Of a stretch of DNA of 64,000 bases, positions 23,055-36,695 are shown one piece after another (the stretch's first letter is position 1; each line of letters opens with the position of its first letter). The notes below the pieces were generated by a model that saw only the letters and a program-made list of their open reading frames with translations, was not told the origin of the DNA and did no database searches. A program made the translations under genes and the position numbers. The stretch is from Octopus bimaculoides. Taxonomy: Eukaryota. The DNA lies in contig NC_068990.1 of the NCBI RefSeq assembly GCF_001194135.2, positions 49,255,583 to 49,319,582 of the forward strand, written 5' to 3'.

Positions 23055-25959
23055 AATATTCTCTTACCAGACAACAAAAAAAGGCTTTGTTGACGTTCAA
23101 AGCAACGGCATTGCTTTCAGGAACATCTTAAAGGTGAAGGTAAAGGACAAAAAACAATGTTTCGAAAAATGGATTTGCAAAGAAAAATTTCTGGGTAGAC
23201 CACCAGTCATCAATATCTTACTGAAGATACTTGTAAAATAGGTTAAAACATATCTATCTATAGTGGACTTCTACTCAGTTCAGAGATTATGATATATTAA
23301 GTTTAAGGCATACACAGAAGAAAGTATTTATCTAATTAGTTGAAAGTCCATAGATTTAAATATAACGTTTTATTTATAATTTTGGATCAGATATGTTGTG
23401 AGGATAAAAGTGGAAAGTTAATAATTGAGTTACTTATTATTTAGAAATGGCTGAGTCAATTCATTGCAGTAATTGCATTTCAAACTGACCACCTTTCGCC
23501 TTGATCACAGCCTGCAAATGAGTGATCATTAAGTTGCATGAACACCATACCACCTCTTCATCCAACTTAACCCATGAAATGGTTGTGGTTGTCTATACTA
23601 ATCATGAATACAGTATTGATGGAGTCAGCTTTCGAAAAACATTCTAACTTCTAGAGTCCAAAATAAAAACAACGTTTTAGTACTAATGTATCATTGAGGG
23701 CAGACCATAAATTAGATTCAGATCTGAAAAAAGCCCTTCCTGGTTTGTTTTTTTTCCCCTCCAGTTCCCCTGATATTTGAAAGCAGATCAACAGGGATTG
23801 TAAACATCACCTCACTGCTTCACCCAGGCTGTAAGAGACATAGAATGTCACAAAATTAGTGTATATGAATAATGCACATACACGAGCTTCCCTACAGTTT
23901 CCCGTCGCTTTGATTCCACTCACAAGGCACCTGTGGTTGGTGAAGGTACTTATCTTTGGTAACACACAAATGTGAAATGATAATTAAATTCATTTAGCTC
24001 CATCTTTCATGACAGCTTCCTAGATTCATCATTGCAGCTCCTATTTTTTTTTTTTTAGTATCACAAATATAAAGCATTGAGGCAATCATGTTTGCTATAT
24101 ATGCAGCTTTTTTTTATGTATGAAGATGTCTAAACTACAAATAATCCAAAACTATAGATTTCAGTTTTCATTGCTCAAATCCCTTTGCGTAAGGTACAGA
24201 TTTCACAAGTTAACGATTGTGCCTGTTGCCATATTAAATTTAACAAAGTTACTAATCTCACTATCAAGAGAGAGCAACTGCAAAAGCAAATAGATTTTGT
24301 GCATGCAATGCTGGCCTATTACGTTGAGAACTACCTCATAGAAATGAAGGTTAATGCCAAAAATGAAAAGACATAGAAAGTCATTTGGTTTAAAATAATA
24401 TGGAAGCAATGATCCAAGCAAGCAGCAGATATGTCAACATTCTTGTTGATAGAGGCCAGTTTGTAATGTTTTTAGAGAAAAATTGTCGGAAGCACTAAAA
24501 CTGCAACTGACAAAGGTATTGCTGAAAATAAGTGCATTAGGCTCATTGTTTTAACATCTAAATGTTCATGTATGGATTAGATAGGATTCATTGGGGAAGA
24601 TCTAAGGTTGGATACACTCACCTATTTCCAAATAAGAAAATATTCCCTCCCACCAAGTCTAAGCCTGTTTTCTTAGATGACTGCAACAAACCACACTGTT
24701 TATGGACAAGTGATGCTAGAATTAAGACAAAAATACACAAGTGTTTTCAGTTTCATCTACCAAATTGACTTACAAGGCTTTGGTTGGCTCAGGTCTTTAA
24801 TATAAAAGACATTTGCCCAAGATGTCACACAGTGGGACTGAACCTGAAACAAACTTCTTAAACACAACCATTCTTGCAACACTGTTGTGTTGCCTGAGAA
24901 GCAACACAAGGACCATAATAGGGAAGATTTCAACACTTTACAAGAGTGTACATGTGTGTGTGCGTATATATATTTGTATGGAACACGAGAAAGTTATTTT
25001 ATTGCAATGTCATGATATTTCATGACATTGAACAACTCTCAAAATAAAGATCTAAATTCAATATTATTCTATGTTGAGTTAGTCACCACTCCTTAACCTA
25101 ACAGAGTACCCTATTAAAAAAAAAAATATTGCTAAAGTACTAATAGTCTGAAAACATGGACTGTTCAGAAAAAATAGAAGCAAATAACTGCAGAATTAAT
25201 CAGAGACTTGTCCCTTTCATAAACATTTTACATCCACTTTCCATCCCAGCATGGGATGGATAGGTTGTCACAGTCCATCATGGTCCAAATTCTTATTCAG
25301 AGTTACTACCTTCCTACAGGGATAAAAGGACAATGTCTCATCTGTTTCATTTCATGTTTGGTTTCTACACTGGATGCTCTATCATGATACTGTATATTTT
25401 TCAACTAAAGAGGTTGGTTATGAGAATTTTGTGTAAAAGAGGGTAGAGGAGACCTTACTGCCTTCTAGTTCAATGCTGAACTCAGAGGTTGTTCAAACAA
25501 CTACTAATTATACTTAGCTACCTTGGAAAAAGCCAAGACCCCTTAAAACAGAACTATTTGGAATAAAGTGGAAGGCCTCAGTTGCAACATATTTAATCAA
25601 CGATCTGAAGATAAAATACATGCAATATTGTACTGTAGGCTATATATATNNNNNNNNNNNNNNNNNNNNNNNNNNNNNNNNNNNNNNNNNNNNNNNNNNN
25701 NNNNNNNNNNNNNNNNNNNNNNNNNNNNNNNNNNNNNNNNNNNNNNNNNNNNNNNNNNNNNNNNNNNNNNNNNNNNNNNNNNNNNNNNNNNNNNNNNNNN
25801 NNNNNNNNNNNNNNNNNNNNNNNNNNNNNNNNNNNNNNNNNNNNNNNNNNNNNNNNNNNNNNNNNNNNNNNNNNNNNNNNNNNNNNNNCTTTGTTCCTGA
25901 CTAAGAAGAGATTTATCTTTCATTCCAGTTACCCATTGACATTTGAAATGGATAACCAA

Positions 25960-28900
25960 AAATTTCATATCTGCGTTGTAACACTTTTTTTAAAAAGGAG
26001 AATGCAAGACTTGCAAAAACATTTGTGAAGTTTCTGGTGAGGATGCTATAGAAAATTTAAAGCTGGAGAGTTTAGTTTGGAAGATGAGTAGCAGTGGAAG
26101 ACCTTCAAAATTGGATGAAGATGTTTTGAAGGCAAAAATCAAAGAAAACTCAGATATTATTACAACTAGAGAACTTGCACAGGAGTTAGGAGTTTCTCAA
26201 CTTCAGGAAACCTGCGTGTCACCTACCGTTTCGGCAGACACACAAGCCAAATTGACTACATCCTCACCAGAAATAGAGAAAGAGGACTGCTTATAAATGC
26301 CAAAACCTTCCCAAGCAAAGAATGTACCCCTCAAAACTGATTAGTAGTTAATGACTTTGGGATCAAGGCTAAATGGGTGCCCAGAAGTAGACCAGCTTGG
26401 AGGAGAGGGGTGTGGAAGCTTAAAGATCCTGCAAATGGACAGAGATTTAGAGATGTCTTACTCGAAGCCTTTGACAAAATAGAAGGGGATATAGCATCAC
26501 ACAATGTGAAAGACAATTGGAGGTTTCTACAGGACAACCTGCTGAGAGCCACTGACCAGATCTGTGGTTGGTGCAAAGTCCCCTCTCGACCCAAAGTAAC
26601 GTGGTGGTGGAACAATGTTGTTGACAGGGCTATTAGACAAAAGAAACAGGCTTGGAAGGACTGGAAGAATGGAGGTAGCAGGGAATTGTAACAGACTGCC
26701 AGAAGGGAAGCTAGGAGACAGGTTTACTTAGCCAGAGGGGAAGCAGATAAGAAAAAATTTGCCAATGTTCTGCACCGTAAGAACCAAAGACTTGAGGTAT
26801 TTCGTGTTGCAAGACAGTGTGTGAGAGAGAAATGTGATGGTACACTTGCACGAAATGAGGCTGCTAAGAGAGAGAGGTTTGGAGACGCCACTATGAAAGT
26901 TTGCTTAATAAAGAGAATGAATGGGAGGAAGAGAGTCTGCCGCATGTCGACCCAAAAGAGGAACCAGCTATCCTGATTGACAATACCTTGGTAGATAAAG
27001 CAATCAAGAGTATTAAGGCAGGGAAAGCCCCCGGCCCATCAGGAATCACTGCAGAAATGCTCAAAATACCTGGCAGTGTTGGCTATAGCCTAGTCACCCG
27101 TATAGTTAATCAGGTGATACACAAGTCCTACCCAATGACTGGTGTAGCAGCAACATAGTCAACTGCTACAAAGGTAAAGGTGACGCTTTAGACACAAACA
27201 ATTACAGAGGTATCAAGTTGTTGGACCAGGTAATGAAGGTCACGGAGAGGGTCATAGCCCAACTAATTAGGGAGCGAGTCAGTTTAGATGAGATGCAGTT
27301 TGGGTTCATTCCAGAGAAAAGTACCACTGATGCTATATTTCTGGTAAGACAGCTGCAGGAGAAATACCTAGGCAAAGAAACCTCAATACCTGGCTTTCAT
27401 TGACATGGAGAAAGCCTTTGACAGGGTCCCCTGATCCCTTATCTGGTGGTCAATGAGGAAACTAGGGATAGATGAGTAGTTAGTGAGAGCTGTGCAAGCC
27501 ATGTACAGGGACGCTGTCAGTAAGGGGAGGGTTGGAAATTAGTACAGGGAAGAATTCTGGGTAGAGGTAGGGGTCCACCAAGGTTCAGTCCTCAGCCCCC
27601 TCATATTTATCATAGTCCTCCAGGCAATAACACAGGAATTCAAGACATGCTGCCCCTGGGAGCTCCTCTTTGCTGATGACCTTGCTCTAATTGCTGAGTC
27701 ACTATCAAAACTAGAAAAGTTTCAGGTGTGGAAGCAAGGACTAGAATCAAAGGGCCTTAGAGTCAACCTAGCTAAAACCAAAGTCTTAATAAGTAAGAAG
27801 GTAGACAAAACACAAACCCCTTCAGGTAGATGGCCCTGTTCAATCTGTAGAAAAGGCGTAGGTAGAAACTCCATAAGATGTACCCAGTGTAAGATATGGA
27901 CACATAAGAGGTGCAGCAATATCAAAGGAAGGCTAACTAGCAAGATAGTTTTTGTATGTTGCAGATGCTCAGGAGCAATAAACAATGAAAATGGGCAGAA
28001 AACAACCTTTGCCACACTCCAGAGAGAAAAACTAAAAGTAGTTGATAGCTTCCGCTACCTAGGTGACCAAGTTTGTAGCGGGGGAGGGTGCGCTGAAAGT
28101 GTAGCTGCTAGAATAAGAATAGCCTGGGCAAAGTTCAGAGAGCACTTACCTCTGCTGGTGACAAAGGGCCTCTGACTCAGAGTAAAAGGCAGACTGTATG
28201 ATGCATGTGTACGAACCGCAATGCAACATGGCAGTGAAACATGGGCCGTGACTGCCGAGGACATGCGTAAGCTTGCAAGAAATGAAGCCAGTATGCTCCA
28301 ATGGATGTGTAATGTCAGTGTGCATACTCGACAGAGTGTAAGTACCATGACAGAAAAGTTGGACCTAAGAAGCATCAGTTGTGGTGTGCAAGAGAGACAA
28401 TTGCGCTGGTATGGACATGTGGAAAGAATGGATGAGGATAGCTGTGTGAAAAAGTGGCACACCCTAGCAGTGGAGGGAACCCGTGGAAGAGGTAGGCCCA
28501 GGAAGACCTGGGATGAGGTGGTGAAGCACGACCTTCGAACTGTAGGCCTCACTGAGGCAACGACTAGTGATTGGGACCTTTGGAAATATGCAGTATGTGA
28601 GAAGACCCGGCAAGCCAAGTGAGAGCATAATCTGTGGCCTCTGCCAGAAGTGTAGCCAGCTCACTTATTCGTATCCTTACTTCATTAGACACTAAACTCT
28701 GCTTGTGAAGACCTGTTGCGGCAAGTGAATTTGAAATCGAACCAAATTCGACGACTGGCACCCATGCCAACCTCTCCTTCATTGAACACTAAACTCCTTG
28801 CGAAGACCTGTTGGGGCAAGTGAAATCGAAATCGTAATTGAACCACATTCAATGACTGGCACCTGTGCCAGTGGAGTACTAGCAGCACTGTCCAAGCGTG

Positions 28901-30024
28901 ATCATTGCCAGAACAGCTGTCTGGCTTCTGTGCTAGTGGCCTGTAAATAGCACCATTTGAGCGTGATTGTTACCAGCGTCGCCATACCATTTTGAGTGTG
29001 GCTGTTGCCAGTACCGTGTAACTGGCCCTTGTGCCGTGGCACGTAAAAGCACCCACTACACTCTCTGAGTGGTTGGCATTTAGGAAGGGCATCCAGCTGT
29101 AGAAACTCTGCCAGATCAGATTGGAGCCTGGTGTAGCCATCCAGTTCACCAGTCCTCAGTCAAATCGTCCAACCCATGCTAGCATGGAAAGCAGACATTA
29201 AACGATGATGATGATGATGACAACTCATGAATACCGAGTGAAGCTAGGATACATTTCTCACTGTAATATATGGGTCCCTCACAAACTATCAAAAAAGAAT
29301 TACTTTAAGTATTCTGTTTGTGATATGCTTTTGATACGGAATGAAAGCTTGCCTTGTTTTGAAACAACTTGTGACTGGACATGAAAAATGGATTATGTAC
29401 AAAAATGTGCAAAAGATCCTGGATTTTGCGCAAGGATCCCCAAAACAGCAACCAAAGACAAATATCCATGCCAAAAAAAAAAAAAAAAAGCTATACTTTG
29501 TGTTTGGTGAGATCAAAGGTATTTATTATGAGCTTCTCTCACAAAACAAGACCATTCTTATGTGTACTGTCATCAGCTGACTAATTTGAACAGAAAAAAA
29601 AATAATAAAGAGACCTAAGAATTGAGGCCAGAGATTGCCAACAAGAAAGGGATAGTGTTCTAACATGACAATGCCCAACCTTTTGCTAACCAAACAAAGT
29701 TACATGAACTTGGCTGAAATCTTTTACCCCATCCACCATATTCTCCTGATATTGTGCCATCTGACTACCATTTGTTTTTGTCACTACAGAACTCATTGCA
29801 AGGAAAAACATTTAAAGATTTAGATGGAGTCAAAATGCATCTAGATAACTTATGTTCAAAACCAGTCAAATTTTATGGTGGTGGAATATTTAAATTGCCT
29901 GATAGATGGGCAAATGTCATTAATAATAAAGGAAATTATTTCATTGAATAAAATTTGAGAGATCATTTAAATCCCCTTTTGCATATTAAAAAAATGCTCA
30001 GAACTTTCCAGACAACCTAAAATA
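25960..30024 (+). mobile_element. Mariner transposon split by an RTE LINE
   Basis: SGRPSKLDEDVLKAKIKEN...TTRELAQELGVS before 26202; LVTGHEKWIMY and YSPDIVPSDYHLF after 29220; TIR-like end near 30000-30024. Confidence 0.9.
26203..29220 (+). mobile_element. RTE-clade LINE, 5'-truncated within the endonuclease, with a disrupted ORF
   Basis: SQIDYIL (EN), RT motifs (QFGF, FADDL, FRYLG), GHVERM C-terminus, 3' UTR, (GAT)n tail, caact direct repeat on both sides. Confidence 0.95.
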
Positions 30025-31345
30025 TGTATAAATTTATTCACGCACACTATGGTTAAATCACTACTAATCCAAACAACTAGTAATATAAAAGAAATAAAGT
30101 TGAAAATGCAGAAAATATATACATTTTCAACTTGATTCTTCTGTACATGCACTTGATATTTTATATTAGATTTCAACTATTAACTTTCATGTCAACAGCC
30201 ACATTCTAATTTATGTACCTATAAATAGTTCAAGAAGCTCATTACATTTCTTTTATTAATATTCCATGTAGTCTTTTCTAGCATGTACTTGTGAATTTGA
30301 TTTATGTCCAAGTCTTTTTTCCATGCTAAAATGGGTTGAATATAATCCAAGTTTTACAAGTGGATACCCATTGTCACTAAACTTTACCTAGTTTACATTT
30401 TTTTTTTGTTTGTTTTACTCTTGTCTCTGAAAACAGAGCAAGAGAACAATTCATAGACAGTTAAATCCAACTTTTTGTCTTTAGCTCAATGCTTTCATGC
30501 AAAGACAGAGGACAAACATTGAGATGCATGTATACAATCCTATACATGCAAACACACAACATGCACACCTAAGCTTTTATACAGTTTCTGCCTCCCAGTT
30601 TTACTCAAGGCATTGGTCAGCAGATGCTACAGCAGAAGACACTTGCCCAAGGCACCACACACTGAAATAGTACTCAAGATCACTTGGTAAAAAAGTAAAC
30701 TCCACATTGATGCAAGCATACTTGCACAAATGTAAACTTAATATGAATAATAAATGTGATAGAATAACAACACACATCAATAATAAAAATTTATTAACAA
30801 AATAGAGGCGTATACTTTTCACTTTCTATACATCTTATCCTGCTCAGTTCAAATTAGTTGGGGAGTAGAGAAGGAATATTGTGGCCTGAAACTGGGATGT
30901 GGATTATTGATAAAAAGATCTATAAATAGAACCTAGCTAAGTTTTGTAAATTTATATAAAGATTAAATTTCAATATTAATAGAGAAATCCGACTTCAAAA
31001 ATACAATTTTACCCCACCTGAGATACATCTTAAGTTTAATATATGGATATATAAAAAAAATAAAAAATAAATTCCTTTATGTTATAGAAGAACCTAAGGC
31101 ATTATTGAGAGGGAATTATTAGTTGCAAACAAAATTAGAAAAAATATCTAGGGAAATAAATATTACTGAATAAAATTTTGAAAAAGCAAAATTTCCCTTT
31201 TTGATAAGTATCAAAACTGATATTAAAAGACAAAAAAATAACTTGAACTTTTGTGTTACATGTCACCACACAACCCTAATTTAAAACATTTATGCCCATC
31301 TTAAGAAATTGACTGGGCTGGTGTTTACAAGAACTGAAAGTGAAA

Positions 31346-31395
<50 letters not shown>

Positions 31396-32548
31396 AGCAT
31401 AATGCATACATGCACTGACGAACTGTTGAACTAAATTTTTTTAGCTACATTGGTAATTTCAAGGAGACTAGATAGAAGTTTTATAAAATTTAATATTAGA
31501 TTAGACATATTCAGAAAGGGAATTTCTATCAGGCAATAGTCACTGCTAGAGAATTATTCTCTTGTGAAAGAGAACCCATAAATAGAATGTCAACAAAATG
31601 TTGGAAGATAATAAGTTTCAGCAAGAATGAACCAAATTTAAACAAACAAAACATACATATTGGTTTTACTGTTTGTACATACTAGCTCAGACAAGTGTTC
31701 AATGTAATTGTCTCCTGTTCATTTCATTTAACCTTGCTCTACTAGTCCTTGTGTTATTACCTATTTGGTGAGCTACAGTTATAAAGGTCATCAAATCCAA
31801 CCCTAAATATTATGTCAACAGACTAAAGGGTAAACATGAGAACATTTTGAAACAATGGATCACTAAATAAGCATCTAATCCAAATTGGTTTTTACTAACT
31901 GCACCATATAACTACCTTGAAAAATAAAAGATGCAACAATGCTTTCTACAAACAAAAACAAGTCATGAAGCCAAAGTGCAGAATTCGAAATCTGAGTTTG
32001 CTTTTTCTCTCAAGATGTTCTAAAACAATCTTGTACAATATTTATTTCAATAATTGTATGATTAAAAAAAAAAAAATCTTTAAATGGAAAAAGCCAAAAG
32101 TCAAATCAGACAAAAAAAAAATCCGAGCCTGAATATAATCTATTAAAAATAAAGACTTTTCTAGTGTGCGTCAAACTGCTGAAATAGGTAAGAGGAGAAA
32201 AGTTAAATAAGTAAAATTTGAAACTAGGAAGAAATCAAAAATCCTATTAGAAACAGGTAGTAATCAGTTTTACTCAAACTAGGATATATTCTGTATTATT
32301 CATATCTACCTTAAAAGAAAATGTTTTCTTAGAAAACAAGAGTGTCAAGATTGGGAAGTACAAAAGTTGCTTACATATAATATATACACACACACACCCA
32401 CCCACACACACACACATGTATAAAGATATATACATACATATACACATATATACAAATATGCATGTATATACATACACATATGCAAATGGATACATACACA
32501 CACTACCATCACAAATGCATGTGCACACAAACTCATACGCATTACTTT

Positions 32549-32691
32549 TTAAACGGATTCATAGCCTCTCCTGCTTCGTTTTCTACCGATTAGATAGGCA
32601 ATAAGGACAGTGATTACTAAGCCAGCTAAGGCAGCTCCCACAGCAATAGGAACAATGCTGCTTGTCTTCATATCTTCAACGCAAATGTGTC
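32549..32691 (-). CDS. LAMP1: LAMP-family gene, coding exon 5 (last): Cys4, TM helix, GYESV lysosomal sorting tail
   Basis: ttttcag| then (R)HICVEDMKTSSIVPIAVGAALAGLVITVLIAYLIGRKRSRRGYESV*; phase 1 matches exon 4. Confidence 0.96.
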
Positions 32692-33059
32692 CTGAAAAAG
32701 AAAATAAATATCAGCAGGCATGACAAACTTTTGTTTTCAGGTAATTAATAGACAAACTTCAATCATATTGATAAAGTTTGTATAGGAAGTTGGCAAAAAA
32801 AAAAAAAAATCTTAACAGACTAAGGTAAGTGTATATCTGGTAACCATTGTGTTAATGTATATAAAAATCATTCAATAACTGTTGGTTGGTCTAAATACTA
32901 AATGAGCCATTGATTTCTAGTATTCAGATTGTCACTGTTTTGAATTAATCAGGTTGAAGATGGGTACCAATAATGTAACTCTACACACTCACTTGAAATT
33001 TTATCAGTATGTGTTTAAATACCAATAATTGACTAAGCATTTTTCGATATAATGAGGAA

Positions 33060-33885
33060 TACATAGTCTGATGAATAAGTATCCGGACAGTTGCTATAGT
33101 AACAAAGCTAAAGCATGCAGTGTAAAGCCACTTGGCCCCGATTGACTGAACTTTGCTGTGCATGCACACTAAGTTTTAATGTTCTAGTTCACTTTCACTG
33201 TTTACAGCAATGCTTGGAAGGAAGGTATGTAGCATGTGGTTGTTACATTGACCATGACAGAATCTGTATCAAATTTTGCCAAAAGCTTGGCAATACCTAC
33301 TTAGAGGCCTACACAAAGTTTTCAAAAAGTTTTCATTGTTCTCGACACAATCAAGATCTTGAGCAACACAAACCAGAGTGTCTTTTAGTCAGTGAAAGCA
33401 GTTTTGGCACAAACTTGGCAGACAAGCATCTCATACCCAAATCTTCAGTGATAATGGACTGAACTGAACCGTAACTAATCTGCACATCCTCTGGTAACTC
33501 ATGGATGGTGATTCAACGATTTCCCATCACAGCTGCATGCACATCTGCGATAATTTTCTCAGTCCTGCTGGTTGCAGGTCTCCCAGAATGTTCGCCAATA
33601 TCAACATTTATTCGGCCATCTTGGAAACATCTGAACGACTCGTAGACTTGTGTACAGTTCATACAATCTGCTCCAAACACTTTCTGCAACTTTGCATAGG
33701 CCTCTGAGCATGTATCACCATAACAACTGTCAGTCAATGCAATAATCACATGCTACACACCTTCCTTTGAAGCAATGCTGTAAACAGCAGAGTTCAAGGT
33801 CAATCTGTGCCAAGCACCTTCACTCTGCATGCTTTAGCTTTGTTACTATGGCAACAGTCCGGATACTCATCAGACCTCGCATGTA
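33060..33885. mobile_element. Non-autonomous mariner derivative (TA-flanked TIRs) in LAMP intron 4
   Basis: ~60-bp TIRs (tacatagtctgatgaataagtatccggac / gtccggatactcatcagacctcgcatgta); transposase HTH remnant (SGRPATSRTE). Confidence 0.85.
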
Positions 33886-35117
33886 TTGATGTCATATTGT
33901 TCAACCATGTCACCATACTATTTTGAATGGCATCCATCATGACATGATGAACAGGTTTTCCTTGGTGGTGGCAGTTACAAGATGTCCAGACCTTGGGTTC
34001 TCCCCCACTCATCCACCCAACCTCCAAAAACTCTTGCTCGTCCCTGCATATACATGTACAGATCAACCTCGACCAACAGAGGCCATAAATGGATTTAAAA
34101 CCATACCTCATTAATCCATCTGAGAACGTTTTGTTGCTCAGTGTGATCATCTGTTTTTGTTCAAACAAGATGTTACTTATTTGACATACGTAATAGCCAA
34201 ATATCCAATAAAATGAGAAGTTAAACTGAGACCATTCCTCATTCTTTCAGTGCCATAAGAAATAATATATCCAGGCCATTGCAGCAGTTGAAAGCTATAA
34301 GATAAAACTATTCTCCATCCAAGATAGAAAATGGTCTCAAACTTTAAAAAACATAGGCATGTTATGTCCTGCTTTGGGCCTCCAACTCCTGATGCTGTGA
34401 TAAGAGTGTCACTGTGATATATGGAGTATTTTGGGCATTTCTAGGCCAGACAGAAAACATTTCTCTGAGTCTAACCATAGTTGATTTCTTTCAGAAAGGA
34501 GTTCAAGAATCAACCCAAGTACAAGACTGCTTTTCAACCTATTGGGATTAAATAAAATACCAAAGTTGATTTTGGAGGTATCTGAACTGAATGCAGAGAG
34601 CTGGAAAAAATACTACAAACTCACTCAGTTTGCTGCCTTAGTTTGAAAAACTATATGCTACATTAGAATTCTAAAACTCATAACAAAAAACATCAAAATT
34701 TAGAGTTAAAAAAGATATACCAAACCTAAAATTCCATTTAACATAACTATGAAAGACCAAGAAATTTGAAAAGAAATTTTCAAGTCACTCCATAGACACT
34801 CCAAAATAATTTGGCAATGTCACACAAATCTACTATAATTATCTACAACTAAAACTATCATATGTTATTAATTACTATATAAATTGTACTAAAGATTTAT
34901 AGGGCAATTCTAATAACTCCTGAAACATCTAAAATATTCAGTTATATTTTTTCCATTCACAAATTCAAGATTTATTTTGTGTATTATCTTTGATTTCATA
35001 AAATTTTTACACAACTAGAATCACAAGAATTACAAGCATTTGAATAAGTTTTTTCCTTGAAAAGTTAAAATATTTGTAAACATTTGTATGTAGAGTAAAA
35101 AAGAAAAAAATACTTAC

Positions 35118-35279
35118 GTGATCCAAGAGTAGTTGTATTAGTAGCATTTCTGAAGATATCCAAAGTCAGGTCTGAGAAGGTAATAACTGAGTTGTTCAAA
35201 GTTATCTTTTTACTTGATTTACAAATAAAATATTCATTATCCTTCAATAGTAATTCATTCATATTGTCTTTGGAATCAG
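35118..35279 (-). CDS. LAMP1: LAMP-family gene, coding exon 4
   Basis: tttaatag|...|gtaagt; (T)DSKDNMNELLLKDNEYFICKSSKKITLNNSVITFSDLTLDIFRNATNTTTLGS; phases 1/1. Confidence 0.93.
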
Positions 35280-35370
35280 CTATTAAAAGAAGAAATTAAA
35301 ATTAGCACCCTAAATATATCACCATCTTGAACAACTTAATATTTTGTTTTGCAAATAAAGCTTGACTTAC

Positions 35371-35548
35371 TTAAATTTTGATCCCCAAATGATAGTACAA
35401 CCTTCTTCAAAAACTTTGTAGATACATTTTTTGCAAAAACTAAGTCTAAATGAACATTTGATGAGTAAATTGACAGTTCATCAGCTGTATCATTGCAAGT
35501 GCCATTATGTGTCGCATTTGAAAAGATTGACCCATTTTCAGAAATATT
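35371..35548 (-). CDS. LAMP1: LAMP-family gene, coding exon 3
   Basis: ttcttgcag|...|gtaagt; NISENGSIFSNATHNGTCNDTADELSIYSSNVHLDLVFAKNVSTKFLKKVVLSFGDQNL; phases 0/1. Confidence 0.93.
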
Positions 35549-36084
35549 CTGCAAGAAAAATTACATCTAAATTAGCCAAGACAAAAAAGAAAAGCATTAA
35601 GCAACAGTTAAAACGGTAGAAAATTGCAGTAATCAGCTGGTTCCAAGTTGATGAGATCGAGCTTTTCTGATAATGAAGATTTTTATACTTTCATTTCAGT
35701 TAATAATCAAATCTACCTTCAGATAGATAAAAGACAACTGAATATTTGACTAGCTTATAAATAAAATAAAACATCACAAGCTTGGTTTGAGATTTTAGCA
35801 TTGATCAGGCCATACAAAATATCCTATAATATTTAGTTATGTTCCTTTACATTTTAAATCAAATCCCATGGACAACTTGCTCTTTCATCTAATTAAAAGG
35901 AATTAAGTATTATTCAAAGGTATAGCTGATTCAATCAACTGTTTGACATCCAAAAGTATGCCAAAACACTAAAGACAGAAATCATAATTCAAAGACAGAA
36001 ATCGTAATTCATTAGATATTTAAATATACTTGACATGCATTCTGTTCATGATAAGGGATCAACAGTTGCTTTAAAAAACATTAC

Positions 36085-36695
36085 CTTATAAGAATATTTA
36101 TAAGATATCTCAGTAGTTATAACAATACAACGTTGTCCATTAGCTCCAGTCACAACATACTTAGTTGATCGTTTTGGAATTGGTATGTGAGTGGTTGGCT
36201 TCTCAGTTGTAACATTAGGGGTGCTTGGCTTCTCAGTTGTAACATTAGGGGTGCTTGGCTTCTCAGTTGTAACATTAGGGGTGCTTGGCTTCTCAGTTGT
36301 AACATTAGGGGTGCTTGGCTTCTCAGTTGTAACATTAGGGGTGCTTGGCTTCTCAGTTGTAACATTAGGGGTGCTTGGCTTCTCAGTTGTAACATTAGGG
36401 GTGCTTGACTTCTCAGTTGTAACATTAGGGGTGCTTGGCTTCTCAGTTGTAACAGAGGTGGTGCTTGGCTTCTCAGTTGTAACAGAGGTGGTGCTTGGCT
36501 TCTCAGTTGTAACAGAGGTGGTGCTTGGCTTCTCAGTTGTAACAGAGGTGGTGCTTGGCTTCTCAGTTGTAACAGAGGTGGTGCTTGGCTTCTCAGTTGT
36601 AACAGAGGTGGTGCTTGGCTTCTCAGTTGTAACAGAGGTGGTTGGCTGAGTTATAACAACTGGGTTGCTTATACTGCCGGTAGTAATGTTTGATA
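36085..36695 (-). CDS. LAMP1: LAMP-family gene, coding exon 2 (mucin-like repeat stalk + Cys1)
   Basis: aatattag|...AAG|gtaatg; SNITTGS...(TTEKPS repeats)...GQRCIVITTEISYKYSYK; phases 1/0. Confidence 0.93.
36195..36642 (-). repeat. Coding 30-bp minisatellite, 15 units in two blocks (7 x TTSVTTEKPS, then 8 x TPNVTTEKPS-type)
   Basis: Units counted directly; the array is nearly invariant within each block. Confidence 0.97.

Noticed and set aside
24185-24560. Protein-like text with stops (CACCHIKF...; similar text at 25420-25640)
   Set aside because: Multiple stops; probably old TE coding debris that cannot be assigned.
34239-34294. Possible alternative LAMP terminal exon (ttatag|(P)FNCCNGLDILFLMALKE*) with Cys in the same register as the real last exon
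   Set aside because: Only 18 codons, hydrophobic stretch too short for a TM helix, no nearby minus-strand AATAAA, and plausible by chance in a 2.4-kb intron; it would need junction reads.
36187-36649. Plus-strand and alternative-frame ORFs over the minisatellite
   Set aside because: By-products of a stop-free 30-bp repeat; only the minus-strand TTEKPS frame splices into a coherent gene.
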